Below, piece after piece: positions 19,821 to 30,014 of a stretch of DNA of 64,000 nt. Each line of letters opens with the position of its first letter. The stretch's first letter is position 1. The position numbers and the translations under genes are program-made. The notes beneath the pieces are model-generated. The model had not been told where the DNA came from, did not search any database, and saw only the letters and a program-made list of their open reading frames with translations. Source of the DNA: Atribacterota bacterium (GTDB taxonomy: Bacteria; Atribacterota; Phoenicimicrobiia; Phoenicimicrobiales; Phoenicimicrobiaceae); NCBI GenBank assembly GCA_030605615.1, contig JAUWHZ010000024.1, forward strand, positions 1,680 to 65,679, read 5' to 3'.

Positions 19821-20513
19821 CTAAAATCCAAAAATTCCCCTACCTATTCTAATCATATTAGCACCTTCCTCAATGGCAACTTCAAAATCATCGGTCATTC
19901 CCATAGAAAGATAATCCATCTTTACATTTTTTATATTTTTATTGCTTATTTTTTCACTTAATTCTCTAAGTTTTTTAAAATAAGGTCGAGCTTCTTCTTT
20001 ATATTTTACAATAGGTGCAATGGTCATTAAGCCCCTGACCCTTATTCTGGAAAATTCAGAAATTTCTTTTAGAAAAGTTTCTACTTCTTCAGGCTTGACT
20101 CCATATTTAGTTTCTTCCCCAGAAACATTCACCTCAACTAAAACATTCGTTATCTTCCCAAATTGTAGAGATCGTCTATCTATTTCTTTGGCTAATTTTA
20201 TACTGTCTACAGAATGAATAAAATCAAATATTTCTATAGCGTATTTTACCTTATTAGTTTGTAGGTGTCCTACTAAATGCCACTGTATATCGGCGGTCAA
20301 AATTTGATATTTTTCTTTAGCTTCCTGAACTTTATTTTCACCAATTATTTTTACACCTGCGTTTATTGCTTCTTTTATCTGTTCTATATTTGCAGTTTTA
20401 GTTACGGCAATTAATTTTATTTCCTGAGGATTTCTGTTTGACTTTAAAGATGTTTCTATAATTTTCTTATTTATTTTTTCTAAACTAGTTTTAACTACCC
20501 CATAAATAACACC
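19821..20513 (-). CDS. yggS: PLP homeostasis protein YggS (alanine-racemase-fold PLP-binding); N-terminus open, no canonical start codon found
   Basis: The ORF track begins at a TTG (20300). The reading frame stays open upstream to a stop at about 20514-20516 and encodes the YggS N-terminus (..IKLIAVTKTANIEQIKEAINAGVKIIGENKVQEA..). No ATG, GTG or TTG occurs in that 70-codon extension. Confidence 0.7.
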   Translation of the reverse strand, partial: GVIYGVVKTSLEKINKKIIETSLKSNRNPQEIKLIAVTKTANIEQIKEAINAGVKIIGENKVQEAKEKYQILTADIQWHLVGHLQTNKVKYAIEIFDFIHSVDSIKLAKEIDRRSLQFGKITNVLVEVNVSGEETKYGVKPEEVETFLKEISEFSRIRVRGLMTIAPIVKYKEEARPYFKKLRELSEKISNKNIKNVKMDYLSMGMTDDFEVAIEEGANMIRIGRGIFGF

Positions 20514-20523
20514 TTATTTATAT

Positions 20524-21216
20524 TTAATTATTTTTAAAATATTCATTATTTATTCTTTCTCCGTTAACTATATACACTACTCTTTCTGCTAAATTTGTAG
20601 CATGGTCGGCAATCCGTTCAATATTATTAGAAACAAAAATCAAATGAATCGCCCTGCTAATGGTACGAGGATCTTCCATCATAAAAGTTAAGAGTTCTCG
20701 AAATATCTGTTTATCCAAATCATCAACCGTTCTGTCTCTTAACCATACTTCCTTGGCTAACTCTACATCTCCTTTAAAATAAGCATTTAGGCTATCTTTC
20801 AGCATATTTTGAGCAATCTCAGCCATGCGAGGGATATCTATTAAGGGTTTTACCATAGACTTGGTAGACAGATATTGGCTGGCTTTAGCTATATTTACGG
20901 CATGATCTGCTACTCTTTCTAAATCGGAAATGGTCTTCAATCCGCACCCAATGATTCTCAAATTTTTTGCAATAGGATGACGTAGTGCGATCATCTGCAA
21001 ACACTGTTCCTCTATGTCTAATTCAATCTGATCAATCTTATCATCATTTTCAATTACCTTTGCCGCTAAATCTAAATCCTGCTCAACTAAAGACTTTATA
21101 GACATATTAATTGCTTCTTCGACTAAATTTGCCATCTTTAACAGACTTTCCTTTAAATCTTTAAGTTCGTTATCAAAATATGCTTTTTTCTCTTTTATAT
21201 TCTCTTTTCTAATCAT
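20524..21216 (-). CDS. phoU: Phosphate signalling complex protein PhoU
   Basis: Two PhoU repeats with ERVADHAVNIAK and ERIADHATNLAE. Confidence 0.9.
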   Translation of the reverse strand: MIRKENIKEKKAYFDNELKDLKESLLKMANLVEEAINMSIKSLVEQDLDLAAKVIENDDKIDQIELDIEEQCLQMIALRHPIAKNLRIIGCGLKTISDLERVADHAVNIAKASQYLSTKSMVKPLIDIPRMAEIAQNMLKDSLNAYFKGDVELAKEVWLRDRTVDDLDKQIFRELLTFMMEDPRTISRAIHLIFVSNNIERIADHATNLAERVVYIVNGERINNEYFKNN

Positions 21217-21243
21217 AATTTATTTTATCCTTTGCATTATAGT

Positions 21244-21321
21244 CGTATCTCGTATCTTGTATCTCGTAAGAGAAAAATTCCAGTTATTCAAACGAGATAC
21301 GATTCACGATTCACGAGATAC
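21244..21321. repeat. Inverted-repeat element of CGTATC/GATACG words (CGTATCTCGTATCTTGTATCTCG ... CGAGATACGATTCACGATTCACGAGATAC)
   Basis: The arms are reverse complements separated by about 25 bp, in the phoU-livF spacer. This is one member of the CGTAT-word spacer family listed in the findings. Confidence 0.7.
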
Positions 21322-21595
21322 TATATTTAGCTTAAGCTTAATATAACAGAAATAATGCAACTTTTCAATGATTTCATTATTTAGGCTAAGATTTACAATT
21401 TAAAAATATTATAACCTATAAAATTGAATATTCTTAAATATTTATCAATAAAATTAGTTTTAAAAATAAAAAAATCATATATTTATCTCAATTTAAAAAT
21501 TAATTTATTGTATACTTCAAGATAATTCTATGATTTTTTTAAATTTACCAAATTATTTTTTGACGTTTTCGGTCTTTATATCAAAAAATAAGCCT

Positions 21596-22333
21596 TTATT
21601 TTCTCTTTTTAAGGGCAGCGCCTCCTAAGTAGGCCTCCTGCACTTTTTGATTGCTCTTTAAATCGGAAGCCAATCCGCTAATAGTAATATTCCCGGTTTC
21701 CAGCACATATCCTCTGTCAGCAATGCTTAGTGCTTTACGGGCATTCTGCTCTACCAATAATATAGATATCCCCTGATCGTTAATTTCACGAATAATTTGG
21801 AAAATTTGTTTTACTAAAAGAGGGGCTAACCCCAAAGAAGGTTCATCTAACAGCAAAATTCGGGGTGTACTCATTAAACCTCTTCCCATTGTTAACATTT
21901 GTTGTTCTCCTCCAGATAGCGTACCAGATAATTGACTACGTCGAGATTTAAGAATGGGGAATAAGCTAAAAACTCTCTCTTTAGCTTCACTTACAGCTTT
22001 AATATCCTTTCTTCGAATATAAGCACCTAAATTAAGATTTTCCTCAACGGTAAGAGTAGAAAAAACCTTTCGGCCCTCAGGGGCATGAGAAATTCCTTTG
22101 ATAACTATTTCATAAGCCTGAACATTATTAAGTCCTTCTCCTCTTAATTGAATAGTTCCACTATGAATAGGAAGCAAACCAGAAATTGCTCTCAAAAGAG
22201 TACTTTTACCAGCACCATTTGCCCCTAAAACAGTAACTATCTCGCCTTCATTAACTTCAAGTGAAATTCCTTTAAGTGCCTCAATCGAATCATAAAAAAT
22301 ATGTAAATCTTCAACTTTTAACAGGACTGTCAT
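21596..22333 (-). CDS. livF: Branched-chain amino acid ABC transporter ATP-binding protein LivF
   Basis: ABC ATPase with Walker A (GANGAGKST), signature LSGGEQQM and Walker B (LLLDE). Confidence 0.9.
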   Translation of the reverse strand: MTVLLKVEDLHIFYDSIEALKGISLEVNEGEIVTVLGANGAGKSTLLRAISGLLPIHSGTIQLRGEGLNNVQAYEIVIKGISHAPEGRKVFSTLTVEENLNLGAYIRRKDIKAVSEAKERVFSLFPILKSRRSQLSGTLSGGEQQMLTMGRGLMSTPRILLLDEPSLGLAPLLVKQIFQIIREINDQGISILLVEQNARKALSIADRGYVLETGNITISGLASDLKSNQKVQEAYLGGAALKKRK

Positions 22334-22337
22334 ATTA

Positions 22338-23189
22338 TTATAATTCCTCCCCTTCCTCTTTTCCTAAGTAGGCTTCGATCACCAGAGGATTATGATAAAT
22401 ATCTTCTGGAAGGCCTCCAGCTATCTTTTTTCCTTCATCCATTACTGTAACCCAATCAGAAATACCCATAACTACGTTCATATCATGTTCAATTAGTAAA
22501 ATAGTTAAATCTTCCTTTAACACAATTTTAAGAAATTTCATTAAATCTTCTGACTCTTTATCATTTAACCCACTGCTTGGTTCATCCAAAATAAGTAAAT
22601 CAGGATTAGAAGCTAAAGCTCGAGCAATTTCCAACATTCTTTGACTACCATAAGCAATATTTTTTGCTAATTCATCTCGAAATTTCCATAACCCTACTTG
22701 ATGTAAACGCCTTTCCGCTTCTTCCCGAATTCTATTTTCTTCTCCTTTCTGATAAGAAGATTTAAAAACAGAAGACCATACCCCAGCTGAACCACGGCAG
22801 TGCTGGCCAGACATTACATTTTCTAAACAGGTCATATTAGAAAAGAGACGTATATTTTGAAAAGTCCGAGCAATTCCTTTAGCTACAATTTGATGAGGTT
22901 TATTTCCGGCAAGGTCTTCTCCTTTAAAAATAACCCTACCACCATCAGGCTGATATATACCAGTAACCACATTGAAAACGGTGGTTTTCCCTGCTCCATT
23001 AGGACCTATTAGACTACTAATTTCTCCTTGATTTACTTTAAGATCAAAATTGTTAACCGCAATTAAACCACCAAATCTTTTAGTAAGTTCTTGAGTTTCT
23101 AAAGCTTCTTTTTTATCACTATTAATATTTTCGTTTATTTTATTAGTGTCAACTGACATTTCCATATTCACACTATTATCTTTAAACAT
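22338..23189 (-). CDS. livG: Branched-chain amino acid ABC transporter ATP-binding protein LivG
   Basis: Walker A GPNGAGKTT and the LivG-specific C-terminal extension. The true start may be one of the internal Mets (M9/M11). Confidence 0.9.
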   Translation of the reverse strand: MFKDNSVNMEMSVDTNKINENINSDKKEALETQELTKRFGGLIAVNNFDLKVNQGEISSLIGPNGAGKTTVFNVVTGIYQPDGGRVIFKGEDLAGNKPHQIVAKGIARTFQNIRLFSNMTCLENVMSGQHCRGSAGVWSSVFKSSYQKGEENRIREEAERRLHQVGLWKFRDELAKNIAYGSQRMLEIARALASNPDLLILDEPSSGLNDKESEDLMKFLKIVLKEDLTILLIEHDMNVVMGISDWVTVMDEGKKIAGGLPEDIYHNPLVIEAYLGKEEGEEL

Positions 23190-24165
23190 TGTCTCTTCCT
23201 GCTTTCAATAAAAGTGACTTAAACTCAACTGCCCCTCTTTTTCTAGGCCAGATACCTCCTGGTCTAAAAACCATCATAATTACCATTGCTGCTCCAAATA
23301 TTAACATCCGGTACTGGGCGAAAGTACGAAATACTTCAGGAAAAAGACTAATGGCTGCAGCACCTATTAATACCCCAGGGATAGAGCCCATTCCTCCAAT
23401 AAGTACAATACAGAAGAGCATACAAGATTCCATAAAAGTAAAACTCTCTGGAGAAACTATCATTAATTTACTAGCATATATATTACCAGCTACTCCAGCT
23501 AAACCCGCACCCAAAATAAAAGCTAATAACTTATAGTACCTAACATCAATTCCGGTCGATTCAGCAGCTATTTCATCTTCTCGAATACAATTCCAGGCTC
23601 TACCTATACGCGAGCGCTGTAAGTTTATAAGGGCAAGAATAGTGAGACCTACTACTATCCAGATTAGAAAGTAGAATTCAGTTGAATTATCAATCATAAA
23701 AATATTCCCTAGAGAGGGAAAATCTATTCCAAATACCCCATTTGGCCCTCCAGTAATACCAAAGGGATTATTAATAAGGGTTAATCTGACAATTTCTCCC
23801 ATTCCAATAGTAACAATACAAAGATAATCTCCTCGTAAGTGGATGATTGGGGAACATACTAACCAAGCGAAACCAGCTGCTGCCAGGGCACTAACTGGTA
23901 ATAAGATAATTATGGGAATACCAAATTTTGTATTAAGAATTGCTGTAGTATAAGCACCAATAGCCATAAAAGCCACATGCCCCAAATCAAAGAGACCCAC
24001 TTCTCCTAAAACAATATTCAAACTAAGACCCAGGAGTGCATAAATTCCGAAGAAAAAGAAGACATCAATCCAATAATTATTCATCATAAAGGGGGCCACA
24101 GATAATAATACTATCGCTATAAGAATAAGCCAATTTTTAAAAATAATATTTTTGTCTAATTTCAT
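23182..24165 (-). CDS. livM: Branched-chain amino acid ABC transporter permease LivM
   Basis: 327-aa polytopic permease, paired with livH. Confidence 0.85.
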   Translation of the reverse strand: MKLDKNIIFKNWLILIAIVLLSVAPFMMNNYWIDVFFFFGIYALLGLSLNIVLGEVGLFDLGHVAFMAIGAYTTAILNTKFGIPIIILLPVSALAAAGFAWLVCSPIIHLRGDYLCIVTIGMGEIVRLTLINNPFGITGGPNGVFGIDFPSLGNIFMIDNSTEFYFLIWIVVGLTILALINLQRSRIGRAWNCIREDEIAAESTGIDVRYYKLLAFILGAGLAGVAGNIYASKLMIVSPESFTFMESCMLFCIVLIGGMGSIPGVLIGAAAISLFPEVFRTFAQYRMLIFGAAMVIMMVFRPGGIWPRKRGAVEFKSLLLKAGRDNV

Positions 24166-24178
24166 TTATCTTACCCCT

Positions 24179-25090
24179 CTATACTTTCTCTGCGACTTTT
24201 TCACCCAGAAGACCTCTGGGACGAAAGATTAAGACTAATATTAAAATTAAAAATACAAAGACATCCTTATAGGCCGTAGAAATATAAGCAGATCCTAACA
24301 TTTCAAAAATTCCTAAAAGAAGACCTCCTACCATTGCTCCTGGAATATTACCAATACCTCCTAAAATAGTTGCAGTAAAAGCCTTTAATCCATAGTTCCA
24401 GCCCATAGTAAAACTGATTTGACGATAATACATCCCCACCATTACTCCAGCTGTTCCGCCTAAAGCAGGTCCTAAAGCAAAAATAAAAAATATTACAGTA
24501 TTTATATTTATCCCCATTAAAGCAGCAGTATCTCTATCCAAAGCTGAAGCTCTAATAGCCGCTCCAAAAGTTGTCTTCTGAATTATATAATATAAGAGAG
24601 CTAATAATATAAAAGATAGAATTAAAATAATTATCTGAAGAAGGGTAATATGAATTCCACCTATTTCAAAACGTACAGTAGGCACAACATTTACAGGATA
24701 GGCTTGATAACGGGGTCCCCAGGCCACCATAATAGCATTCTGTAAAAAAATTGAAACGCCCAGAGCAGAAACAACTGCTGGAAGCCTGCCTGCTGGATAA
24801 ATCGGACGATAAGCTATCCGTTCAACTATTATACCAGCCATGCCTATGCCGATTGCGGCTATTAACATAGCCGCAATCATACCACCTGCTAAACCTACAT
24901 GAGAGGTTACATAGGCACTTCCCCATACGAGGAGGCTAAATCCAAGGTAAGAACCTAAGGCAAATAAATCTCCATGAGCAAAATTAATCAATTTCATTAC
25001 TCCATATACCATAGAATACCCTAAGGCAATAAGAGCATAAAATGACCCGATAGTTAGTCCATTTATCATTTGCTCTAAAAAAATTCTCAT
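24179..25090 (-). CDS. livH: Branched-chain amino acid ABC transporter permease LivH
   Basis: 303-aa permease with a LivH-like N-terminus (MINGLTIGSFYALIALGY). Confidence 0.85.
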   Translation of the reverse strand: MRIFLEQMINGLTIGSFYALIALGYSMVYGVMKLINFAHGDLFALGSYLGFSLLVWGSAYVTSHVGLAGGMIAAMLIAAIGIGMAGIIVERIAYRPIYPAGRLPAVVSALGVSIFLQNAIMVAWGPRYQAYPVNVVPTVRFEIGGIHITLLQIIILILSFILLALLYYIIQKTTFGAAIRASALDRDTAALMGININTVIFFIFALGPALGGTAGVMVGMYYRQISFTMGWNYGLKAFTATILGGIGNIPGAMVGGLLLGIFEMLGSAYISTAYKDVFVFLILILVLIFRPRGLLGEKVAEKV

Positions 25091-25108
25091 CTTTTATTCC
25101 TTACCTTT

Positions 25109-26275
25109 TTATTTATTATAAATATCAAAGGTTCCTTCTTCACTTACTACATACATCAAATATGGCACACCTTCTCTATCTCCCTTTTCAGTAAAACCGA
25201 TTGATCCAGTAACACCTGGAACAGCATTAACTTCATTTCTAAGATATTCAGCTAAAACATCGGAATCAGTAGAACCGGTCTTATCAATAGCATATGCAAT
25301 TATATTTAAAGCATCAGCGGCATATACTGGCCAAGGACTGGAAGGAATCTCTCCATATTTAGCTTTATAGGCATCTAAAAATGTCTTAGACTCTGGGTAA
25401 GGAAGTTCTGCAGGCATGGGTTCCTGAGTCATAAAACATCCTTTTGCCTTTTCTATACCAGCAATTTTGACAAATTCATCATTAATGGCAGCATTTCCAC
25501 CTACAAATGGACATTCAATTCCTATATCCCGCGCTTGAGAAACTATCAATGCTGCTTCAGGATAATAACCGGTAAAGTAGAATACATCTGGATTGGTCTC
25601 ACGTAATTTAGTTAGAGGAACAGAAAAATCCTTCTCACCTGGAGTAATAGCATCATAATAGACTATCTCTACTTCCCCAGCATCAATCTTTGGTTGTAAC
25701 GCCTTCTTGGTTTCTTCAGCCACTCCCAAGGCGAAAGTAGTATTATCGTGCATAATAGCTATCCGTTTTGCTCCAAAAACTCGAGGAACATAGTCTGCAA
25801 AGAAGATCCCTTGAGCACTATCAATACCGCAGGTACGGAAAAAATATTTCAATCCCCTTTCTGTTAAACGAACAGCAGTTGCACCATAAGCAATATTAAC
25901 TTTTTTGAATTTTTCGTAAAGATTAGAAGCAGGTTCACAGACAGAAGAACCATAAGTTGAAACAGAAGCTACTACATCCTTCTGGGAAATTAATTTCATT
26001 GCTGCTAAGGCCCCTGCTTTAGGTTCACAAGCATCGTCAGCAATTCTAATCTCAATCATTCTTCCTCCTAAAATACCACCTTTTTCATTAATTAACTGAG
26101 CAGCTATTTCACAAGATTGCTTAGCCATTTCTCCTTCATAAGCCCAAGCTCCAGTTATTGGACCTTGAAGACCAATAACTACTGGTGGTTTATCGGCAGC
26201 CATTACTCCCAAAGAAGATATACCAAGAGCTAACACCAATAAACTAATAACTAACAAATACTTAATACTTTTCAC
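25109..26275 (-). CDS. livK: Branched-chain amino acid ABC transporter substrate-binding protein (LivK/LivJ family)
   Basis: Signal peptide followed by a type-I periplasmic-binding fold (..VVIGLQGPITGAWAYEGE..). Confidence 0.85.
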   Translation of the reverse strand: MKSIKYLLVISLLVLALGISSLGVMAADKPPVVIGLQGPITGAWAYEGEMAKQSCEIAAQLINEKGGILGGRMIEIRIADDACEPKAGALAAMKLISQKDVVASVSTYGSSVCEPASNLYEKFKKVNIAYGATAVRLTERGLKYFFRTCGIDSAQGIFFADYVPRVFGAKRIAIMHDNTTFALGVAEETKKALQPKIDAGEVEIVYYDAITPGEKDFSVPLTKLRETNPDVFYFTGYYPEAALIVSQARDIGIECPFVGGNAAINDEFVKIAGIEKAKGCFMTQEPMPAELPYPESKTFLDAYKAKYGEIPSSPWPVYAADALNIIAYAIDKTGSTDSDVLAEYLRNEVNAVPGVTGSIGFTEKGDREGVPYLMYVVSEEGTFDIYNK

Positions 26276-26625
26276 TTTTAATCCTCCTTTAATTATTTAA
26301 ACAAATTAGAAAACAACTCAATCTTAAAAATCAAGCAAAACATTCTATACTTAATTTCTTTATAGAATAAATTTAAAAGATTACCTCACCTCCTTATTTT
26401 TCTGTAGAATAGCCTTTTACAAAATCATAATATTTTATTAAACGAGCCTCTGTAAACTCACCTGTTTTAATTGGTGATTTTTTATAATTTTGTGTAAAGC
26501 TTTCTCTTGAGAATAATATTTGTAAAAATATCTTTGCTATATTAATTTATACTTCTACAAAAACTTAAAAAATCCTTCTTTTTGTAATCAAAAATTATAA
26601 AATTAATTTACTTTATATTATCACT

Positions 26626-27780
26626 TTATAATACTGAAGGTTCAAGAATTAATTCCCCACGTTTGAATCTTCCTATATCCAATTTATCTTCTATAGAGAG
26701 AGAAGTCCTCCCTGTTAATATTAATTCGGATATTAGTTTACTGGCTACAGGAGCCAACATAAATCCGTGTCCGCTAAATCCTATCGCCATATAAAAACCT
26801 CCAACTTGAGGGTGTTCACCTAAAATGGGTTGGGCATCAGGACTCACATTATACAATCCAGCCCATTGTCTTAACATACTCACTTCTTTTAATAGAGGTA
26901 CAACTTTTGTCATTTTTTGAGCCATCTCTCGAGCGAATTGCCAGCTCGACTCTATATCATCACCTTTGGGTTCGTTCGGATCACCAAAACCCATTATTAT
27001 GCTCCCGTGAGGAGTCTGCTGACAATAAAAATTCCGAGAAAAAGACATTAACATTGGCTTAAATAAAGGATCGATAGGTTCAGTAATTAAAATTTGATGT
27101 CTCTGTGAATAGACTGGTAGATCTACCCCCACCATTTTTCCAATTACTCCTGAATATCCCCCTGCTGCATTTATTACAGTAGGAGTTAATAGTTTTCCTT
27201 TATCTGTATTAACTGCAACTATCTTATTATTTTCTGTTCCAATCTCATTTACCTCTGTAAAAGTGTATATCTTTACCCCTAACCTTTGAGCAGCTTCGGC
27301 ATAAGCAAAATTTGTTTTAAAAGGATCGGCATGGCCATCAGTAGGACAAAATGTAGCAGCTAATATACCTTCTGTATTTAAAGGAGGGACAATATCTTTT
27401 GCCTCTTCTACATTTATGAATCTGGCGTTAATATCTAAAGATTGCTGTAAGGCAACATTTTTCTTAAATTGGTTAACTTCTTTTTCTGTATAAGCAAGGA
27501 TTAGATATCCACCTTGATTCAGTTCGATATCATATTCCAGTTCTTGACTTAAATTCTCAAAAATTTTAATACTCTCTCGAGCCAGGATACAATTCGTCTT
27601 AGTACCAAATTGTTGTCTAATCCCAGCTCCACATCTTCCTGTAGCACCACTGGATAGAGAATTTTTTTCAAATAATACTACATTTTTACATCCCATTTTT
27701 GCTAAGTTATAAGCAATACTGCAGCCAATTATTCCCCCACCAATTATAACTATATCAGCTCTTTTAATCATCATCATCAC
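26626..27780 (-). CDS. FAD-dependent oxidoreductase, sarcosine-oxidase-beta/HcnC/PDH1-beta-like
   Basis: N-terminal dinucleotide fold IVIIGGGIIGCSIAYNLAKMG and a DAO-family length of 384 aa. Confidence 0.75.
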   Translation of the reverse strand: MMMMIKRADIVIIGGGIIGCSIAYNLAKMGCKNVVLFEKNSLSSGATGRCGAGIRQQFGTKTNCILARESIKIFENLSQELEYDIELNQGGYLILAYTEKEVNQFKKNVALQQSLDINARFINVEEAKDIVPPLNTEGILAATFCPTDGHADPFKTNFAYAEAAQRLGVKIYTFTEVNEIGTENNKIVAVNTDKGKLLTPTVINAAGGYSGVIGKMVGVDLPVYSQRHQILITEPIDPLFKPMLMSFSRNFYCQQTPHGSIIMGFGDPNEPKGDDIESSWQFAREMAQKMTKVVPLLKEVSMLRQWAGLYNVSPDAQPILGEHPQVGGFYMAIGFSGHGFMLAPVASKLISELILTGRTSLSIEDKLDIGRFKRGELILEPSVL

Positions 27781-28036
27781 CCGCTAAAGTTCCTAATTTC
27801 ACTGGTTTAGTGGGAGGTCTAAAGGTAGATATAGACACTTCTTCTATCTTCTTATGGCAAAATTTGGCGATTTCCCCAAGTATAATCTTTTGGCAAGTCT
27901 TACCCTGACATCTTCCCATCCCAGCTCTTGTAACCCTTTTAATTTCATCGAGAGTAGTATATCCCTTCTCTAAGGCTTGCCTTATTTCTCCCCAGGTAAC
28001 ATCTTCACATCGGCAAATTATGGTTTCATCTTTCAT
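27764..28036 (-). CDS. BFD-like [2Fe-2S]-binding small subunit
   Basis: CRCEDVTWGEI..AGMGRCQGKTCQ matches the BFD-like 2Fe-2S domain pattern. Confidence 0.7.
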   Translation of the reverse strand: MKDETIICRCEDVTWGEIRQALEKGYTTLDEIKRVTRAGMGRCQGKTCQKIILGEIAKFCHKKIEEVSISTFRPPTKPVKLGTLAGDDDD

Positions 28037-28530
28037 TACTTTCTGCCCTCCACTTTTATACTTCTTACTTTCATAGCCGTACTTTTGGGAACTTCAAGGG
28101 AAATTATGTTAGTCTTATTTTTAATCTTTAGGACTCTTACTACTTTCGCTTTACCGAGTATGCTGCCATCTCTATCTAATGCATAAACATCCTCTCCCTT
28201 TTCCGGTAGAGGCAACATTTCATGGGGTAGTTTGATTAAAGATTTTTCATCTGAATAATTCTCGTCTATTACGAATATGGCCAGACCGGGGCAGGAACTT
28301 ATACAGGTTCCACAGCCGGTACACTTATCAAAATCAACTATGGGTAAGTCATTTATGTCTTTAAAGGGCTTTATTGCCCCAAGCTTGCAGGATATGGCAC
28401 AAGGGTCACAGGGTATCTTCTGAAAACACTCTATGATGACTACCGGACCCTGGGCTAATCTTTTTTCATCAGGAATTACTTTTTCTAAATCATCATCGGT
28501 CGGTATGCCAGTTCTTTTTAACATTATCAA
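28036..28530 (-). CDS. 4Fe-4S ferredoxin-like subunit
   Basis: CTGCGTCISSCP and further Cys clusters (CDPCAISC). Its start overlaps the downstream gene's stop. Confidence 0.7.
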   Translation of the reverse strand: MIMLKRTGIPTDDDLEKVIPDEKRLAQGPVVIIECFQKIPCDPCAISCKLGAIKPFKDINDLPIVDFDKCTGCGTCISSCPGLAIFVIDENYSDEKSLIKLPHEMLPLPEKGEDVYALDRDGSILGKAKVVRVLKIKNKTNIISLEVPKSTAMKVRSIKVEGRK

Positions 28531-29627
28531 TCCCTGCCCTTCTTTATCAAAGCTTTTTCTATACCTATCTTTATTTCTTCACTTAAAGGGTTGTCTCGTA
28601 GTTCTTTTAATTCTGCTTTTAATTTTTTATCTTGCTCTTTGTAATTATCACATTTACACCCTAAACTCACCGCTGCATTTAAACCGGCAATTTGACCTTC
28701 CAACATCGCACTACTGGCTTCTTCGATACCGGCTACATCTCCGGCAATATAAATTTTATCTTTAGTTGATTTCATATTATCATCTCTTAAGGCAACATAA
28801 CCGCCGAGCTCAGGAATATATTTCATCTGACAATCCGCCTGCCAAAGCAGATCAGAGAGTGGAGATAATCCTACAGCCAGACAGATGGTATCAACCTCAA
28901 GTTCTTTTTCTGTCCCTGGAATAAATTCAAACTCCTTATTTAACTCACCAATTGTAGCCTTCTCTACACAATCATTACCATAAACTTCTTTTAAAGAATG
29001 GGAAGTATATATTGGAACTCCTAAGCGTCTAATCTTTGCTGCATGTACTAAATAGCCACCTATTTTGGGGAGAGCTTCCACAATTGCCTCTACCTGAATA
29101 CCAGCTTGCATGAGTTGATAGCTAACAATTAAACCGATATTGCCTGCTCCTACCATTAAAACATTATTACCTGGGACTACTCCATAAAGATTCATTAAGG
29201 TTTGCACTGCTCCAGCTCCATAGACTCCGGGTAAATCATTATTTACAAAAGGTAGCATATTTTCTGAGGCGCCAGTAGCTACAATAATTCTATCAGCCTT
29301 TAATTTTTTCAATATATCGCCATTAACTCCCTGGACAATGGTTAGAACACCATCTTCATAATATCCAGTTACGGTTGCATTAGTAATTGACTCAATATTC
29401 TTATATTTTATACTGCCTTGTATTAATTTTTGGGCAATCTCTATTCCTCTAATCCCAGCAAATTGTTTCTCTGAACCAAAAAATTGATGAGTTTGCTTTA
29501 TTAATTGACCACCTAATTCCAAACCATCATCGATAAGGGTTACTTTTGCACCTAAAGAGGCAGCATAAATTGCCGCAGATAATCCTGCTGGACCTCCTCC
29601 AACAATTGCTATATCAGCTATTTTCAA
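28527..29627 (-). CDS. FAD/NAD(P)-binding pyridine-nucleotide oxidoreductase subunit (HcnB/PDH1-alpha/sarcosine-oxidase-alpha-like)
   Basis: Two Rossmann motifs: IAIVGGGPAGLSAA and VLMVGAGNIGL. Confidence 0.75.
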   Translation of the reverse strand: MKIADIAIVGGGPAGLSAAIYAASLGAKVTLIDDGLELGGQLIKQTHQFFGSEKQFAGIRGIEIAQKLIQGSIKYKNIESITNATVTGYYEDGVLTIVQGVNGDILKKLKADRIIVATGASENMLPFVNNDLPGVYGAGAVQTLMNLYGVVPGNNVLMVGAGNIGLIVSYQLMQAGIQVEAIVEALPKIGGYLVHAAKIRRLGVPIYTSHSLKEVYGNDCVEKATIGELNKEFEFIPGTEKELEVDTICLAVGLSPLSDLLWQADCQMKYIPELGGYVALRDDNMKSTKDKIYIAGDVAGIEEASSAMLEGQIAGLNAAVSLGCKCDNYKEQDKKLKAELKELRDNPLSEEIKIGIEKALIKKGRD

Positions 29628-29941
29628 TTGAAATCACCTTTTCCTTTTTGGGTTTCAATCTTCATTCCCTCTTCTAATTTAGTTATACAAGTCCTTATAT
29701 TAGGAATACCATTTACCTTCATCAAACAAGATGAACATTTACCTATAGCACAAAAAAATCCCCTTGACCGATGATACTTAATGCTTCTGCTTAATACTTT
29801 TACCCCAGCAGCAACTATGGCAGCAGCAATAGGTTCTCCTTCATAGCCTTCAAACTCTTTTCCATCTAAGATAAATTTAATTTTTTTACCTGGATAAAAT
29901 TCCAGAATAGGATGTTCTTTTATCCGCATACTTTCCTCCAT
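29624..29941 (-). CDS. [2Fe-2S]-binding subunit (HcnA / sarcosine-oxidase-alpha N-terminal-like)
   Basis: 105 aa with a C..CxxC Cys pattern (FFCAIGKCSSC..C). Translationally coupled to the FAD/NAD subunit. Confidence 0.65.
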   Translation of the reverse strand: MEESMRIKEHPILEFYPGKKIKFILDGKEFEGYEGEPIAAAIVAAGVKVLSRSIKYHRSRGFFCAIGKCSSCLMKVNGIPNIRTCITKLEEGMKIETQKGKGDFN

Positions 29942-30014
29942 TTCAAATCTTTAACTTTAATTAAATTCTCATTAAAAAATATTTATATTATCTATAAATT
30001 TAAGATTACCCTTT

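Noticed and set aside
21217-21595. Possible hidden gene or mobile element in the 379-bp phoU-livF spacer
   Set aside because: No ORF of 40 codons or more with an RBS is present. The content is extremely AT-rich promoter-like sequence plus one family-C inverted repeat, and there are no transposase or integrase remnants.
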